Position numbers and translations under genes: made by a program. Below the pieces are notes generated by a model. That model saw only the letters and a program-made list of their open reading frames with translations, was not told where the DNA came from and made no database searches. From a bacterium (GTDB lineage Bacteria; UBA8248; JACPRG01; G963555815), in the NCBI GenBank assembly GCA_965261595.1, contig CBDHDG010000004.1, forward strand, positions 871,197-935,196: a stretch of DNA of 64,000 nucleotides, written 5' to 3'. Shown here piece after piece: positions 63,100-64,000 of the stretch; position 1 is the stretch's first letter, and each line of letters begins with the position of its first letter.

Positions 63100-63486
63100 C
63101 CAGGTCAAGCTCATCAAAATGGGCGGCCGGATTGTGCGCCATGCCCGGCACATCATCTTCCAGTTGGCCGAGGTAGCCGTATCCAGGGAGGTGTTCGCTC
63201 TCATCCTGGACCGGATCAACCGATGGCGGCCCGTACCTGTCTAACCGCTCTCAGCGCAGTCCACCCGAGGACAAAATGGTGAATGTTCTGTCCCTTCCAG
63301 ATGACCTGCTGGGAAGGCTCGCCTACCCGGAGGGGTGGCATGATTTTCAATGGTGGATAACGCTCCGATTAGGGTTTCAGGCACCTGAAATGGGATTGAC
63401 AGGTCCGGGAGAGAGGGGTCTAATTGACTTAAACAGCAACGAGGGGTCGGTACAGGCCTGTCCGGATTTGATATGGGAAATTCCGG
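63100..63486 (+). mobile_element. IS1380 copy 4, right-end fragment (variant A)
   Basis: Nearly identical to 11266-11652 (QVKLIKMGG...RPVPV* and the IRR); cut on the left by the IS3 element. Confidence 0.92.
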
Positions 63487-63496
63487 TTGGTATACT
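63468..63496 (+). promoter_or_regulatory. Hybrid sigma70-type promoter (-35 from the IS end, -10 from flanking DNA)
   Basis: TTGATA (63468-63473), a 17-bp spacer, then TATACT (63491-63496), 7 nt before the ATG at 63504. Confidence 0.6.
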
Positions 63497-63503
63497 CGAC
63501 GCC

Positions 63504-64000
63504 ATGGAAACGGAACGTTTCTTCGCAGAACTGGGCAAGCGACTGGACGAAGTGAGAGAGGCCAACCGCATGGAGTACCAACGGCTCTTCGCCGAGTTGA
63601 CCCCCCGATTGGAGACGGCGAGAGCCCTGGAACGGGAGCTCGACAAAAAACTGGCGCGCCGATTCAACGTCCTCGACTACCTGCGGGATGATGAATTGGG
63701 GCTTTCCCGGATCATCGCCAATCTGCTCAATCGCGATGCAACCCATGGTCAGGGGACGCTGTTTCTCCGGACGTTGCTGGAGAGATTGAAGATCTTGAAA
63801 GAGACTCCACGCTGGCCCGACGACCTCGACAAGAGCCGGATGACCGTTGAAGTCGAGCGGAGGATCACCGCCGACCGGCGTATTGACGTCTCCGTTGAGA
63901 TCGTCGGCAACGATGGAGAAACCCACTGTCTGACCATCGAGAACAAGCCTTACGCTGGCGACCAAAAGAATCAGGTCAAGGACTACCTTGAATACCTTGA
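63504..64000 (+). CDS. PD-(D/E)XK nuclease superfamily protein (PDDEXK_4-like), runs off the window
   Basis: Manual translation (not in the ORF track): METERFF...FNVLDYLRDDELGLSRIIANLLNRDATHGQGTLFL...RRIDV...TIENKPYAGDQKNQVKDY. Confidence 0.85.
   Translation, partial: METERFFAELGKRLDEVREANRMEYQRLFAELTPRLETARALERELDKKLARRFNVLDYLRDDELGLSRIIANLLNRDATHGQGTLFLRTLLERLKILKETPRWPDDLDKSRMTVEVERRITADRRIDVSVEIVGNDGETHCLTIENKPYAGDQKNQVKDYLEYL

Noticed and set aside
63396..63424. TTGACA-17-TCTAAT internal outward promoter in IS1380 variant A (also at ~11562)
   Set aside because: The -10 lacks the critical -11 A; not called without expression data.
9971..63486. A 53-kb composite transposon bounded by IS1380 copies 1 and 4
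   Set aside because: Copy 1 has its own exact TSD (GTTGG). The copy-4 flank is TTGGT, not a matching 5-mer, and its left part is deleted.
1..64000. tRNA, rRNA or att-site direct repeats for the integrases
   Set aside because: None recognised by eye. A tRNAscan/Infernal run and a repeat search including flanking sequence would be needed to exclude them.

Overview
GC-rich bacterial DNA from a Gram-negative host (a porin gene is present) that is a heavily IS-rearranged mosaic of three parts. (1) 1-26.3 kb is a defence island beside two tandem Arm-type tyrosine integrases. It holds the 3' part of a GmrSD-like DUF1524 gene, an intact Shedu (DUF4263), a Gabija-type OLD nuclease + UvrD pair whose nuclease has one in-frame TAG, a frameshifted HEPN-like gene, a relaxase remnant, three integrase 3' remnants, and an RHH-PaeR7I/XhoI-type R-M cluster followed by a decayed qatABC without qatD. 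(2) 26.3-44.8 kb holds host metabolic genes: SsuA/THI5-type binding proteins, a porin, proXWV, glgP and an isochorismatase fragment. One binding-protein gene is split by a 4.4-kb IS1380 one-ended transposition unit carrying a xanthine-dehydrogenase-type molybdoenzyme gene. (3) 46.1-59.3 kb is an ICE/plasmid backbone module (PAPS-reductase-like pseudogene, ParB, GHKL ATPase, DUF2958, strawberry-notch methylase/helicase), followed by an amidohydrolase and a PD-(D/E)XK nuclease running off the end. About eleven IS elements or fragments are present (IS481, IS1380 x4, IS3-family x4, IS21, IS630). No rRNA, tRNA or CRISPR array was seen. All family calls come from motifs recognised by eye; no database searches were run.
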